DNA of 64,000 nucleotides from Candidatus Latescibacterota bacterium (GTDB lineage Bacteria; Latescibacterota; UBA2968; UBA8231): NCBI GenBank assembly GCA_965215195.1, contig CBDCDC010000001.1, positions 729,657 to 793,656 of the forward strand, read 5' to 3'. Shown piece by piece: positions 46,806 to 55,925 of this stretch (position 1 is its first letter; each line of letters starts with the position of its first letter). The notes under the pieces were generated by a model. It saw only the letters and a program-made list of their open reading frames with translations, ran no database searches and was not told where the DNA came from. The position numbers and the translations under genes were made by a program.

Positions 46806-47369
46806 ATGAGCGACGCCGATCTCATCCAGCGCTTCAGGGCCGGCCAGCACCAAGCGTTCAATGTCTTGGTCTGGCGCTGGCAGGGCCGCCTCTACCACTT
46901 CGCGCTCCGCTACAGCGGCGATTCCGAAGACGCGCGCGATCTCTGCCAGCAGAGCTTTATCCGCGCATATCGCCAGTTGCACCGGCTGCGCGATCCCGAG
47001 CGTTTTTCCACGTGGCTCTACCAGATCGCCGCCAATCTGTGCCGCGACCACCTGCGCCAGCGAGCGCAAGCGCAGCACGTTTCGCTCGACGCGTACGAGG
47101 AGGCAAGTGCCCGGCCTCATCCGGCACTGTGGCAAGCTGCCGATGTGGACAAGGACGAGCTACGCGACCTGCTCAACCGCGCCTTGCAGACCCTGCCCGA
47201 AGAACAGCGCGTCGTGGTGGTGCTCAAGGAGTACGAGGGGCTGAAGTTTCGCGAAATCGCCGAAGTGCTCAACGCCCCGATCAATACGGTCAAATCGCGC
47301 CTTTACTACGGGCTCAAGGCACTGCGAAAAACCTTTAACCAATGGGACATTGACAGAGATGGACTGTAA
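46806..47369 (+). CDS. ECF (sigma-70 family group IV) RNA polymerase sigma factor
   Basis: Region 2 FSTWLYQIAANLCRDHLR and region 4 LKFREIAEVLNAPINTVKSRLYYGLKAL. Confidence 0.85.
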   Translation: MSDADLIQRFRAGQHQAFNVLVWRWQGRLYHFALRYSGDSEDARDLCQQSFIRAYRQLHRLRDPERFSTWLYQIAANLCRDHLRQRAQAQHVSLDAYEEASARPHPALWQAADVDKDELRDLLNRALQTLPEEQRVVVVLKEYEGLKFREIAEVLNAPINTVKSRLYYGLKALRKTFNQWDIDRDGL

Positions 47370-47967
47370 CGTCAAAAAAGAAGACTTGCTCACCTTTTTT
47401 TATGGCGAATGCGAGGAAGGCGAGCAGGAGCGCCTTAAAGAACATGTGGCCACCTGTGCGGCGTGTCGCCGCGAACTTGACGCGCTCGCCAGTACGCAGA
47501 CGTTGCTGCGGGCTTGGCCGGACGAGTCTCCGCGACTTGACCTGACGTTTGTCGAGGCCGAGGTGCCGCGTCGGCGCTTCCGGCTGATGGCGGGTTTGGC
47601 TACTGCTGCGGTGGCCGCTGTGGTGCTCTTTTTGGCGTGGCCGGAGTTTGAACTCAGCTATCGCGCCGGCGAACTCGACCTCAAGTGGGGAGAGGCGCTG
47701 GCGGACGACCCCCTGACCCGGGAAGAAGTGCTGGCCACACAGGAGGGCACCATCGCGTTAATGAACCAACTTCTGCGGGCTTCTGAGGTGCGTCAGCAGC
47801 GCGTCTTCGATCATTTGCTGACCGAGATCCAGGCCCAGCGCTACCAAGACTTGCAGCTCATCAACCGCCAGTTTGAACAGTTCGACCGCGAGATCTACAT
47901 CCACTTGCGCCGCAACGAAGCACCCGTGCTGGAAGTGCTACCGGCAGTGCGCTATACCAGCCCATAG
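47359..47967 (+). CDS. anti-sigma factor (zf-HC2 type, single TM)
   Basis: HVATCAACRREL (H-x3-C-x2-C) and TM segment LMAGLATAAVAAVVLFLAW. The start overlaps the sigma gene's 3' end. Confidence 0.7.
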   Translation: MDCNVKKEDLLTFFYGECEEGEQERLKEHVATCAACRRELDALASTQTLLRAWPDESPRLDLTFVEAEVPRRRFRLMAGLATAAVAAVVLFLAWPEFELSYRAGELDLKWGEALADDPLTREEVLATQEGTIALMNQLLRASEVRQQRVFDHLLTEIQAQRYQDLQLINRQFEQFDREIYIHLRRNEAPVLEVLPAVRYTSP

Positions 47968-47976
47968 GAGATTGCC

Positions 47977-49314
47977 ATGACCACGCTCTACCGCGCCATC
48001 CTAGTCGCTGGCTTCATGGCCACCGCCAGCTTCGCCGACGTTGACCCCCGGCGCATGCAGCGCGACATCCGCATTATGGAGGGGGTGCTTGGCAACTTAC
48101 ATCTCGACGCGCCTGATCCGACCTCCTCCTCTCGTGGTTTGTACCTCGATGGCTACGGGGTTCTCTTTCTTCTCAAAGGATCATGGCCCAAGCAGGCGCA
48201 TCCCGGCATAGGGTTCGCATGGGACGAAAAGGGCGTCAAGTTTATTGAGTTGACATCGAGCGATCCCTCATCGGATGAGAAATCGCCGGCAGAAAGCCAC
48301 GACCTACTCGCCGAATTTTTGGGCAACTACGCTGGCACCATCGGCCAGCTCGACCCAGACGACCGGATTACGGTCTGCTATCAGCGTCGTCCTCCAAGCG
48401 GCTTGGCAAGCGGCTTAAAAAATATCACCGATGGCTTTAGATTCGGTGCAAATTCCGCGTCTTTCGACCTTACTAAGCAAATCGAAGCTATTATGCCCAC
48501 TAGGGAGGGATCCTTCGATTTTGAAAAATTAGTCCTGACCTTTGGGGATTCTGTGTCTTTCTTCGACACGGACGAGCAAGTCGCGGCGATAACCAGATTG
48601 AGGAAGCACTTAGAGGAAGCGGCAGTGGAAGAAGGTGAAGTCAAGGCGGCAGCCGTGGTGGTCGGAGTCAGAGACTCTTTGCTTGCCGACGTTGTGGAGG
48701 CCGATACGTCCTCTCACAGATCCATAGTCGCTATGGTCCATGGCCTTACTCCCCGGCACCACCGCACCACCGCTGATGTCTCTCTAGTCACTGCCACCGC
48801 CAAAAAATCTGCCATTGACGCCTTCCGCGAGGGACGTATAGACTCGGCCACCTTCCGCCAGCGCATCGCCTTTTCCGAACTCATGGACTCAAAAAAAATC
48901 GACATCATGGCTGGCATTCTCGACCAAGTCTCGGGGCACGATCATCATCCCTTGGTTGGTACCCAACGCACTTTGGGGATGTATCAGCCAGATTTAGGTG
49001 TTCTGTTTCTCATTGGTGATTCGGTGTTCCGCTTCAGACCCCTACTTCTCGACGATGTCAAGGCCAACATCGTCGAAGCCGTCGCCGACTACGGCGCGAC
49101 CCTCAGCCAAGTCCAACCCGACGAGCACGTCATCGTCGAATATCGCACTGGTCGGACGACTTATCTTCTGCAGGACCTCGAACCCGAAATCGTCAAATAT
49201 CACCCAGATCGGACTCATCTTCTGCAGGTCCCCAAGGCCGCCATTGACGCCTACTCTCGCGGCGACTTGGACCTTGATACCTTCCGCAAAAAGGCGGTGT
49301 GGGAAACACGGTAA
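47977..49314 (+). CDS. secreted protein of unknown function with two homologous modules
   Basis: Signal-like LVAGFMATASFA. Both halves repeat the GLYLDGYGVLFLL/GMYQPDLGVLFLI, NYAGTIGQLDPDDRITVCYQ/DYGATLSQVQPDEHVIVEYR and AIDAFREGRIDSATFRQRIAF/AIDAYSRGDLDLDTFRKKAVW blocks. Confidence 0.6.
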   Translation: MTTLYRAILVAGFMATASFADVDPRRMQRDIRIMEGVLGNLHLDAPDPTSSSRGLYLDGYGVLFLLKGSWPKQAHPGIGFAWDEKGVKFIELTSSDPSSDEKSPAESHDLLAEFLGNYAGTIGQLDPDDRITVCYQRRPPSGLASGLKNITDGFRFGANSASFDLTKQIEAIMPTREGSFDFEKLVLTFGDSVSFFDTDEQVAAITRLRKHLEEAAVEEGEVKAAAVVVGVRDSLLADVVEADTSSHRSIVAMVHGLTPRHHRTTADVSLVTATAKKSAIDAFREGRIDSATFRQRIAFSELMDSKKIDIMAGILDQVSGHDHHPLVGTQRTLGMYQPDLGVLFLIGDSVFRFRPLLLDDVKANIVEAVADYGATLSQVQPDEHVIVEYRTGRTTYLLQDLEPEIVKYHPDRTHLLQVPKAAIDAYSRGDLDLDTFRKKAVWETR

Positions 49315-49517
49315 CTGACGTTACGCACGGAAGCCTTGGGTTTGAGATGCTGGTCACGCCTAAAGGCGCGATAGCTTGTCCTGAGCGCAGCCGAAGGAAC
49401 AGGGCTCGCACGCTGCTTTCCCGTGCCATGCTGAGCCGCAACGCAGGGAAGGCGAAGCATCTCAAATCGGTTCACTGTGGCAAGGAGCCCCGACACCTGA
49501 ACGGTGCGTAACGTCAG
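49315..49517. repeat. ~200-bp element bounded by perfect 14-bp inverted repeats
   Basis: CTGACGTTACGCAC (49315..49328) pairs with GTGCGTAACGTCAG (49504..49517). Inner pair: TTTGAGATGCT (49341..49351) with AGCATCTCAAA (49456..49466). It starts right after the stop at 49314. Confidence 0.6.
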
Positions 49518-49896
49518 GCGATAAATAAAAAACTCGCCTGTAGTCTGTCGGGTATAGCCCACTATCGCCGGTTACTGCCGCAAAAAAATCCATCCCCATA
49601 AAAAACATCTATCGTGTACTTAGCTCGGGAGCTAAAGATGCCCTTAGCTAAAGTATATCTCTACCGCGCCTTTTTGGAGTAGATTGATCTATGTCTTCAA
49701 TTTCTTTCGTGCTCCGCAATCTGCCCCATTTTTAGAAGCTGTTTCAAAACTAGCGTCGGGTCGCATCAAGGATCGTCAAGTGCCTTCGCATGGAGCATTT
49801 TTCATAGGGCGAGACGCTTTTGAGCCGACGCTTTTTCTTCACACAAGGAACCGAATCCGGAGTTTTGGGACCACTTCTAATTTTTTTGCTCTCCCT

Positions 49897-49930
49897 GTAA
49901 AACTTTTCTCCACCAACATCCGTCGTATAA
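49897..49930 (+). promoter_or_regulatory. ECF-type promoter-like motif, cassette 1
   Basis: GTAAAACTTTT-N13-CGTC-G-TATAA, about 38 nt upstream of ATG 49968. An AGAGG RBS follows. Confidence 0.5.
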
Positions 49931-49967
49931 TGTGAAGATTACAACAGCACATGCAGAGAGGTTTGCT

Positions 49968-50894
49968 ATGAAAACGCTAATGCTATTGTGTAGTGCGCTT
50001 ATTATCGGCCTAAGTTCGCTATCCTCGCCGAGCCAAGCGCGAGAAGGGGGTTACGGCGGCTTTACTTACGAAAACATACAAGAGTTTTACGATTACATCC
50101 ACGGCCAAGAGATGATTAAGGTCCAGACGGGCGAGGAGTTAGATAAAGCGATCAACGCTATACCCATTAACTTGGAAACGGCCATAGACTTGGAGCAAGA
50201 GCGCGGCTTGAGGAACTGGTTGCGCCAATATCTCATAGCATTTTCCGAGTCGGGAAATGATAGCTTGGCGGCGGTCTTCTATCTGAGAGAGGGGTTTAAT
50301 GAGGAACAATATAAGACTATAACGATAGCATGGGCTGAGGCTGCACAGCAATACGCCCAAAGCTCAAACGTCGTCTTTCAGAACGATGACGGCAGCGCAA
50401 TGACTGCCGAAGAGATAGAGAACATAGTTGAAAAGACTAGGGCGAATGTCGAGACGGATTTAATGGAACAGACTCCGATGTCCATATTTCGTTCAGAACA
50501 TAGAAAGATACTTAGTTCTCTCAACAAAAAGTACTTCATAGAAAACGTATCATTCCACGACAGCGAATTTAGGATATTCGAGCTAAACAAAGGGGATCAG
50601 ATGTTCTTTAGCCTCGCAAAAAAGCGAGGTATGTTACCTAAGGGATTTGAACGGTATCCTGTGGCACTAGAAGATCAACTTTCCGCCCTTTTAGAAACAG
50701 GGGAGAAAATTATCTGCATGGATATAATGTTCATTGTAGAAGAGCCGTCGGAATATGCATCTAACCCAACAGTGCCAGGACGCACACCGTCTTTTTTTCG
50801 CCTAATGTGGAATCGGGATAAGAAGCTGTGGCACCATTTGGAAGTATTCTATAGTCCTAGCGTACGAGAAAAGTACCTCTTTGACCGCTTGTGA
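49968..50894 (+). CDS. cassette 1 secreted protein (P1), unknown family
   Basis: Sec signal MKTLMLLCSALIIGLSSLSSPSQA. Paralogous to 55926..56915 and 60732..61667. Confidence 0.75.
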   Translation: MKTLMLLCSALIIGLSSLSSPSQAREGGYGGFTYENIQEFYDYIHGQEMIKVQTGEELDKAINAIPINLETAIDLEQERGLRNWLRQYLIAFSESGNDSLAAVFYLREGFNEEQYKTITIAWAEAAQQYAQSSNVVFQNDDGSAMTAEEIENIVEKTRANVETDLMEQTPMSIFRSEHRKILSSLNKKYFIENVSFHDSEFRIFELNKGDQMFFSLAKKRGMLPKGFERYPVALEDQLSALLETGEKIICMDIMFIVEEPSEYASNPTVPGRTPSFFRLMWNRDKKLWHHLEVFYSPSVREKYLFDRL

Positions 50895-51056
50895 GAAAGA
50901 GATATTAAACGGTTTTATCGAGTTCAAGCCTATCTTAGGCTTGTATAACCAACTTATTCCTATATTGGATAGGAATGAGTTTTCACCCCAACCCCAAGGA
51001 AGGATGTTACAATGAAGCGAAAACTGTCGAAAGTAGCCATCGGCCTCGTTGCCTTA

Positions 51057-51999
51057 GAGCCTATACGGAAATCATGTCAACCGTTCGACGATTTGAAAAA
51101 TGATAAGCACCGAAGCGACCTGAATGAATGCTTCGTAATGGGTACTCTTTTTCTCCCATCGGACCAACAGACGACGGAATCGATTATGCCAAGCATGGGT
51201 TCGTTCAACCACCCATCGACGAGCCGGATGTTTCTTTTGCGCGGGTATAGAGGCCTTGTCGGCTTGACTTTTCGCCAAGTGTAGGTGATAGTCGCGTTCC
51301 TCGACTCCTTCAATAACCTCGGCGTAGTCATAGCCTTTGTCCAGACACAGATGGTGCAGCCGATAGACGACTTTCTTGGGTCTTTCCACGACGAGGCCAT
51401 CCAACGTCGCCAGTGCTACCGTTTTGTCATGCGTATTGGCTGCGGTTACTTCCACGGCCAGCGGTGCGCCTCGCTGGTCGGTCAACACCGACCGTTTAGT
51501 GCCCTTTTTACCCCGATCGACCGGCGACGGACCGGTCGCTTCGCCGCCCAACGGCGCTTTGGTGATCACCCCATCGAGGGCTTGCCATTTCCAAGCAATG
51601 CCCACTTGCTTATCATAGTAGTGTAGCAGCGTCTGCCAAGCTCGGAGAAACACGCCTTGTTTCACCCACTGGCGGAACCGACCGTGGACGGTCGAGCCGG
51701 GTGCATAGGCTGCCCGCGGAATGGCCTGCCATTGGCAGCCGCTGCGCAACACAAAGATCATGGCGTCAAAAAGGACACGGTGGGGTGTGGGCGGACGTCC
51801 GACGGTGCCGGGTTGTTTTTCCGGACCCAGAATCGGGGCGATTAGATTCCACAAGGCATCCGGGGTATGCCAGATCGTGTCCGGCGAATCGGTCTTGGTG
51901 GCCATGGCTTTCTTCCTCTTGGTTGAGGGTCAAATGGTACGGAAAGCGTAGGTCGCCAAGACCTTTGTATCAACAAAAAATCAATTTTCGTATAGGCTC
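51057..51999 (-). mobile_element. IS5-family insertion sequence (943 bp) with imperfect terminal IRs and a TTA target duplication
   Basis: IRs are GAGCCTATACGGAAAT and its partner GAGCCTATACGAAAAT (15/16). TTA at 51054..51056 and 52000..52002 (the boundary could also be read as CTTAG). It holds a single transposase ORF. Confidence 0.85.
51072..51905 (-). CDS. IS5-family DDE transposase (277 aa)
   Basis: QWQAIPRAAYAPGSTVHGRFRQWVKQGVF, ALDGVITKAP (D), CLDKGYDY (D), and RWVVERTHAWHNRFRRLLVRWEK (E). Confidence 0.85.
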   Translation of the reverse strand: MATKTDSPDTIWHTPDALWNLIAPILGPEKQPGTVGRPPTPHRVLFDAMIFVLRSGCQWQAIPRAAYAPGSTVHGRFRQWVKQGVFLRAWQTLLHYYDKQVGIAWKWQALDGVITKAPLGGEATGPSPVDRGKKGTKRSVLTDQRGAPLAVEVTAANTHDKTVALATLDGLVVERPKKVVYRLHHLCLDKGYDYAEVIEGVEERDYHLHLAKSQADKASIPAQKKHPARRWVVERTHAWHNRFRRLLVRWEKKSTHYEAFIQVASVLIIFQIVERLT

Positions 52000-52164
52000 T
52001 TAGCAGTGCAATTTTTGCCGACTAAAGCAGAGGCGGCTGTGACGTGCGACTTGTACGTGAATGGGAAGTTGGTGAAATCCGTGACATGCGACGATGCTTG
52101 TCAGTATGAGATTACGCCTCCCTACGACGTTTATTGCGTATAGCTAGCTTGCTCGTCGCCATCT

Positions 52165-52201
52165 AAAAAGTGGGTGAGCCTTGGGCTTACCCACTTTTTT
52201 T
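52165..52201 (+). terminator. rho-independent terminator after s1
   Basis: AAAAAGTGGGTGAGCC-ttg-GGCTTACCCACTTTTTTT. Confidence 0.7.
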
Positions 52202-52581
52202 GGTAATTAACCCATGTTGGAATCGCTCTCTGAAATCAGTCCCACAGTCTCATTGTGTTGGCCAATAGCGGTACGAAAAGTAAGACCTATTTTTCGTACC
52301 CGGCATTGGTAGGGTCGACGTCGGTGTCATCCTACCACTATTGGCGTAAACTGTATCGACTCGAATCGCTTCGGCGAGTGGACTAGAACCTATCTGGAGC
52401 ACCTCCGCATTCCATTCGATGAGCGAGCGCATCGGCTGTATCTGTTTACTCTTGGTGTCCCGTCCTATCGAAGCCCGCGCTATATGGGCTTTTCGCTGAA
52501 AACGACGCAGGTAGCAAAGTCGACGGTCAATCTACTGAGCACCATTGGTTATATAACTCATTCCCACCTTGGAAAAGAGCC

Positions 52582-54105
52582 ATGATAAGAACCATATGGA
52601 AAAAAGAACTCATAGAGCAGCTAACTAGTCGGCGCTTTATCTACTGTACCCTGATTATAGTGCCACTTATATGGGTCATAGGGCTGCTGCGAATAACAAG
52701 TTACGAAAAAGCATGGACAGAAAAGGATCGGATCGTCGCAGAAATCGCCGACGAATTCCGCAAAATAGATGGATTCTCTGCGTTGCGGACTAAGGTCGTT
52801 CTCACTCCGAGTCCACTGGAAGTATTTGACCGGGGCGTCACTGAAAAAATGAGCTCCGTAGTGTCCATTAAGATATTTGAGATACCCTACGCTTCCGATA
52901 TGAATACCCTATCAACCACCGGCAATCCTTTACTCGCCACAATCGGTGTGTTTGATGTCGTTCACGTCATCCAAATTTTTCTATCGCTGTTGGCCATTCT
53001 TCTGTCGTGCGAATCTATTTCAGGCGAAAAAGAAGAAGGTACCTTATCGCTGATGCTGACGATGAATGCCTCCAGAGTGCAGATCGTGACGGGTAAACTC
53101 CTCAGTGGCATTACGCTCCTCAACATACCTATTCTCTTGGGATTTCTCGGTCTCGCTATCTTTCTTGTCGCTTCCGGGCACGTACTGCTTACGGGGGAAG
53201 ACTGGATAGGTCTCATCGGGATTTGGGTACTATCCCTGTTTTACATCGCCCTATTCTACCTGATTGGCCTAGCCATTTCGTGCTGTACGCACAACACCTC
53301 GACGAGCCTGATATACGGTCTGTTCACTTGGGCCTTTTTGGTGATTGTCCTGCCGGGTAGCATTACGTTTTTCGTCAATCAGCAATTCCATCGGCAGGCG
53401 GACGCCCAAAAAACCAGGGCTGTGGAAGACGAACTGTGGCACGAGTACAGCCGACGAGCTAATGCCTTGGTGCGTACGGCGGGAATGGGCGACACCTACC
53501 TCCCACTATACTTGCTCAGTAATATGACTATGTCTGGGGGGTCTGCAAGTGACCCACAGTTTGGGATCGGACCGCTTAATGAGGACGCCCCTCTGGCCGA
53601 CTTTCTGAACCTTCTGAGAACGGGTGAGAATTTACGCCTCCAGTATGCCCAGAAAATCTGGAATGCTTGCAGTCCTCTTTGGGAGAGCCGGCCCCGGTCG
53701 CTCATCCGCCTGAACGACCAGTTGCAAAGAATAACGCCGGCAGGTGCCTATATAGAGGTTTCTGGCGGCCTAGCCGGTACGGATGCGGGTGTTTTTTACG
53801 ACTTCCTCGATCAGGCTCGCCAGTACCGCAAGCAACTCTTGGAATATCTAAGGGCGCACGACGCGTTTGGGAGTATGGATTATTTTTCTGGACAAAGAAT
53901 GGTGATAATCGGCGAAGACGGCAAACCTATAGATAACAAAGGAACACTCGACCCCAGCACTCTTCCAGCCTTTGAGGAACGCCGTGAGCCCTTTGCTCGT
54001 CGGCTAAGCAGAATTGCGCCGGGCTTTCTATCTTTATTTATCTATGCGGGTCTGATGTGGCTTGCCGTAATAAGGCTCTTTTCTCGCTACGATGTTACGA
54101 GGTGA
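52582..54105 (+). CDS. cassette 1 ABC-2-type membrane protein A1 (permease-like, long C-terminal extension)
   Basis: SISGEKEEGTLSLMLTMNASRVQIVTGKLL matches the ABC-2 permease signature. It has multiple TM segments and a terminal TM after a ~200-aa soluble region. Confidence 0.65.
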   Translation: MIRTIWKKELIEQLTSRRFIYCTLIIVPLIWVIGLLRITSYEKAWTEKDRIVAEIADEFRKIDGFSALRTKVVLTPSPLEVFDRGVTEKMSSVVSIKIFEIPYASDMNTLSTTGNPLLATIGVFDVVHVIQIFLSLLAILLSCESISGEKEEGTLSLMLTMNASRVQIVTGKLLSGITLLNIPILLGFLGLAIFLVASGHVLLTGEDWIGLIGIWVLSLFYIALFYLIGLAISCCTHNTSTSLIYGLFTWAFLVIVLPGSITFFVNQQFHRQADAQKTRAVEDELWHEYSRRANALVRTAGMGDTYLPLYLLSNMTMSGGSASDPQFGIGPLNEDAPLADFLNLLRTGENLRLQYAQKIWNACSPLWESRPRSLIRLNDQLQRITPAGAYIEVSGGLAGTDAGVFYDFLDQARQYRKQLLEYLRAHDAFGSMDYFSGQRMVIIGEDGKPIDNKGTLDPSTLPAFEERREPFARRLSRIAPGFLSLFIYAGLMWLAVIRLFSRYDVTR

Positions 54106-54117
54106 GATGAACAGACC

Positions 54118-55545
54118 ATGCTAACGACCATCATCAAACGAGAGTTCATCGAGCATATCCAAAGCCTGCGGTTCAGCCTTGCACTGGTGCTGTGCGTTAG
54201 CCTGATGGTGCTCAACGCGCTCGGCCTCGTCCACAGCACCTATCAGTTCGAGCGGGATGTGTATATAGAGAACATCGGACAGCAGCACCAAAAACTGCGT
54301 TCTAATGGTGCCACAGGCCTACAGCAGATACTAATCCAAGGCCCTGGGATGCTCTACAAGCAACCTAGTAAGCTGGCGTTTTGTGCCAGTTTCGCCGACA
54401 AGAAACTACCAAATAAAGTAGATGCCGTAGCGAAAAACCAAGGTATGTGGGCTGGTTTCGATTGCAGTTTCTACTGGCCTTGGATTCTATCTTTTCCTGT
54501 CGAGTTAGAGGCGACTCCGCTCCGCTCCACCTTTATCACCATTGACTGGGTCTTCATCATCGGCGTCTTGTTGAGCTTGGCCGCCCTCCTGTTCACTCAC
54601 GACGCCATTGTCGGCGAAAAGGAGAGCGGCACCCTCAAGCTGGTCATGGCCAACAGCCTGCCGCGCCATACGCTGCTGTGGGGCAAGTTCTGGGGCCCCA
54701 TGATGGTCCTGATCGGGGTGCTGCTGCTCGGCCTCACCCTGAACCTGTTGATCGTCCTGATACTCGCCGACCTGTCGTTGAATATCTCCCACGCAGTGCG
54801 CATCGCCGCCATGGTTTTGATCTCTGTGGTCTATCTGGCGGGCTGTACCTCGCTGGGGCTGCTCATATCGGCTCGCAGTTCCAGTAGGAGGGGTAGTCTG
54901 ACTACGGTACTCTTCGTCTGGGTGAGCATGGTCCTGCTGTGGCCGCAGATGGGAAAGGCCATTGCCGAGCTATTCTATGAAGATATACAGGAGGGAGACG
55001 CATACGGTCCTCTTCGACAGGAGGCTATGGACTTGGTAAGCAAGGAAGCGCGGGAGAAGGGTCATCTGCGCGATCAGGTGTTTATCAAAGAATTTTCGAG
55101 CATATTGCGGTCAGAACGTGCTCATCATCAAGAAATAGAAAGCACCTTGCTGCGGCGACGGGTACAACAGGTCAGTTTAGCACAGAACATCGTCCGGCTC
55201 TCTCCCATGGGGCCTTACCAATACGCGATGGAAGCAATGGCGGGTACCGGCTTAGCACGGTATCAGCATTTCATCGCTCAAGCCCGGAGTTATGCACAGC
55301 GTTTTGAGGAAAACCTCCTCGCCATAGACCGGGCCGACTGGCGCAGCCTGCATATTCCGTTGGTCGTCAACGGACTGTCCGCTCAAAAGGTAGAGATAAA
55401 TCAAGTGCCTGTATTCAAAGAAGACCTCTCCGCGGCGTCGTTGGCCGGCCCGGCAGTGGTCGACTTGGTTTTGCTGGGCTTCTTTGCAGTGTTCACCTAT
55501 CTGGCCGCGTACTTGGTCTGGTTGCGTTCGTCTATTGTCGGTTAG
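54118..55545 (+). CDS. cassette 1 ABC-2-type membrane protein B1
   Basis: IVGEKESGTLKLVMANSLPRHTLLWGKFWG signature. Same architecture as A1 but only distantly similar to it. Confidence 0.65.
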   Translation: MLTTIIKREFIEHIQSLRFSLALVLCVSLMVLNALGLVHSTYQFERDVYIENIGQQHQKLRSNGATGLQQILIQGPGMLYKQPSKLAFCASFADKKLPNKVDAVAKNQGMWAGFDCSFYWPWILSFPVELEATPLRSTFITIDWVFIIGVLLSLAALLFTHDAIVGEKESGTLKLVMANSLPRHTLLWGKFWGPMMVLIGVLLLGLTLNLLIVLILADLSLNISHAVRIAAMVLISVVYLAGCTSLGLLISARSSSRRGSLTTVLFVWVSMVLLWPQMGKAIAELFYEDIQEGDAYGPLRQEAMDLVSKEAREKGHLRDQVFIKEFSSILRSERAHHQEIESTLLRRRVQQVSLAQNIVRLSPMGPYQYAMEAMAGTGLARYQHFIAQARSYAQRFEENLLAIDRADWRSLHIPLVVNGLSAQKVEINQVPVFKEDLSAASLAGPAVVDLVLLGFFAVFTYLAAYLVWLRSSIVG

Positions 55546-55855
55546 GGCTTACGTCTTATTGACCTCTGCATTTCTAATGGAATGGCGTTTCAACCTTGCT
55601 TCGCCTCAGATCGTATTCCTTTATCTATGCAGGTATCAATAAAGGTATTTTACCCGAAACGAAAGGCGTTGGTTATGTTCCTGCTCATGCTTTTGTTGAG
55701 CGCCTACCCGATGGGAGCCCAGTTGCCCTCAGAAGTGGTACTGGATTCGGTGTATAGCGGCCAAAATAGCACGCACTCGATTGCGTTCAAACCCACCACC
55801 TTCCCTTCTTTCGTGCTCCGCAATCTGCCCCATTTTTGCTTTTTTTGCTCTCCCT

Positions 55856-55889
55856 GTAAAACTTTTCTCCGCCAACATCCGTCGTATAA
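55856..55889 (+). promoter_or_regulatory. ECF-type promoter-like motif, cassette 2
   Basis: GTAAAACTTTT-N13-CGTC-G-TATAA. An AGGAGG RBS lies 7 nt before ATG 55926. Confidence 0.5.
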
Positions 55890-55925
55890 TGTGAAGACTA
55901 CAACAGCACATGCAGGAGGTTTGCT

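Larger units (their letters stand above)
51012..52143 (+). pseudogene. cassette 1 small Cys-rich secreted peptide gene (s1), split by an IS insertion
   Basis: Removing 51057..51999 and one TTA restores a 61-codon ORF: MKRKLSKVAIGLVALAVQFLPTKAEAAVTCDLYVNGKLVKSVTCDDACQYEITPPYDVYCV*. Confidence 0.7.

Noticed and set aside
49926-49931. Perfect TATAAT upstream of each P gene as a sigma-70 -10 box (also at 55885..55890 and 60685..60690).
   Set aside because: No reasonable TTGACA-like -35 lies at 16-18 nt (only CTTTTC/TTTTCT). The TATAA is part of the longer motif shared with the ECF sigma gene upstream region, so I prefer the ECF-type reading. I have not fully excluded a sigma-70 promoter.
52203-52581. 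Copy-1-specific 380-bp spacer before A1, containing ORF 52250..52432 (minus), a GGTACGAAAA...TTTTCGTACC hairpin and a plus-frame stretch WTRTYLEHLRIPFDERAHRLYLF.
   Set aside because: There is no start or RBS, stops occur in all frames, it has no counterpart in cassettes 2 and 3, and I could not recognise a family. It is probably degraded inserted DNA.
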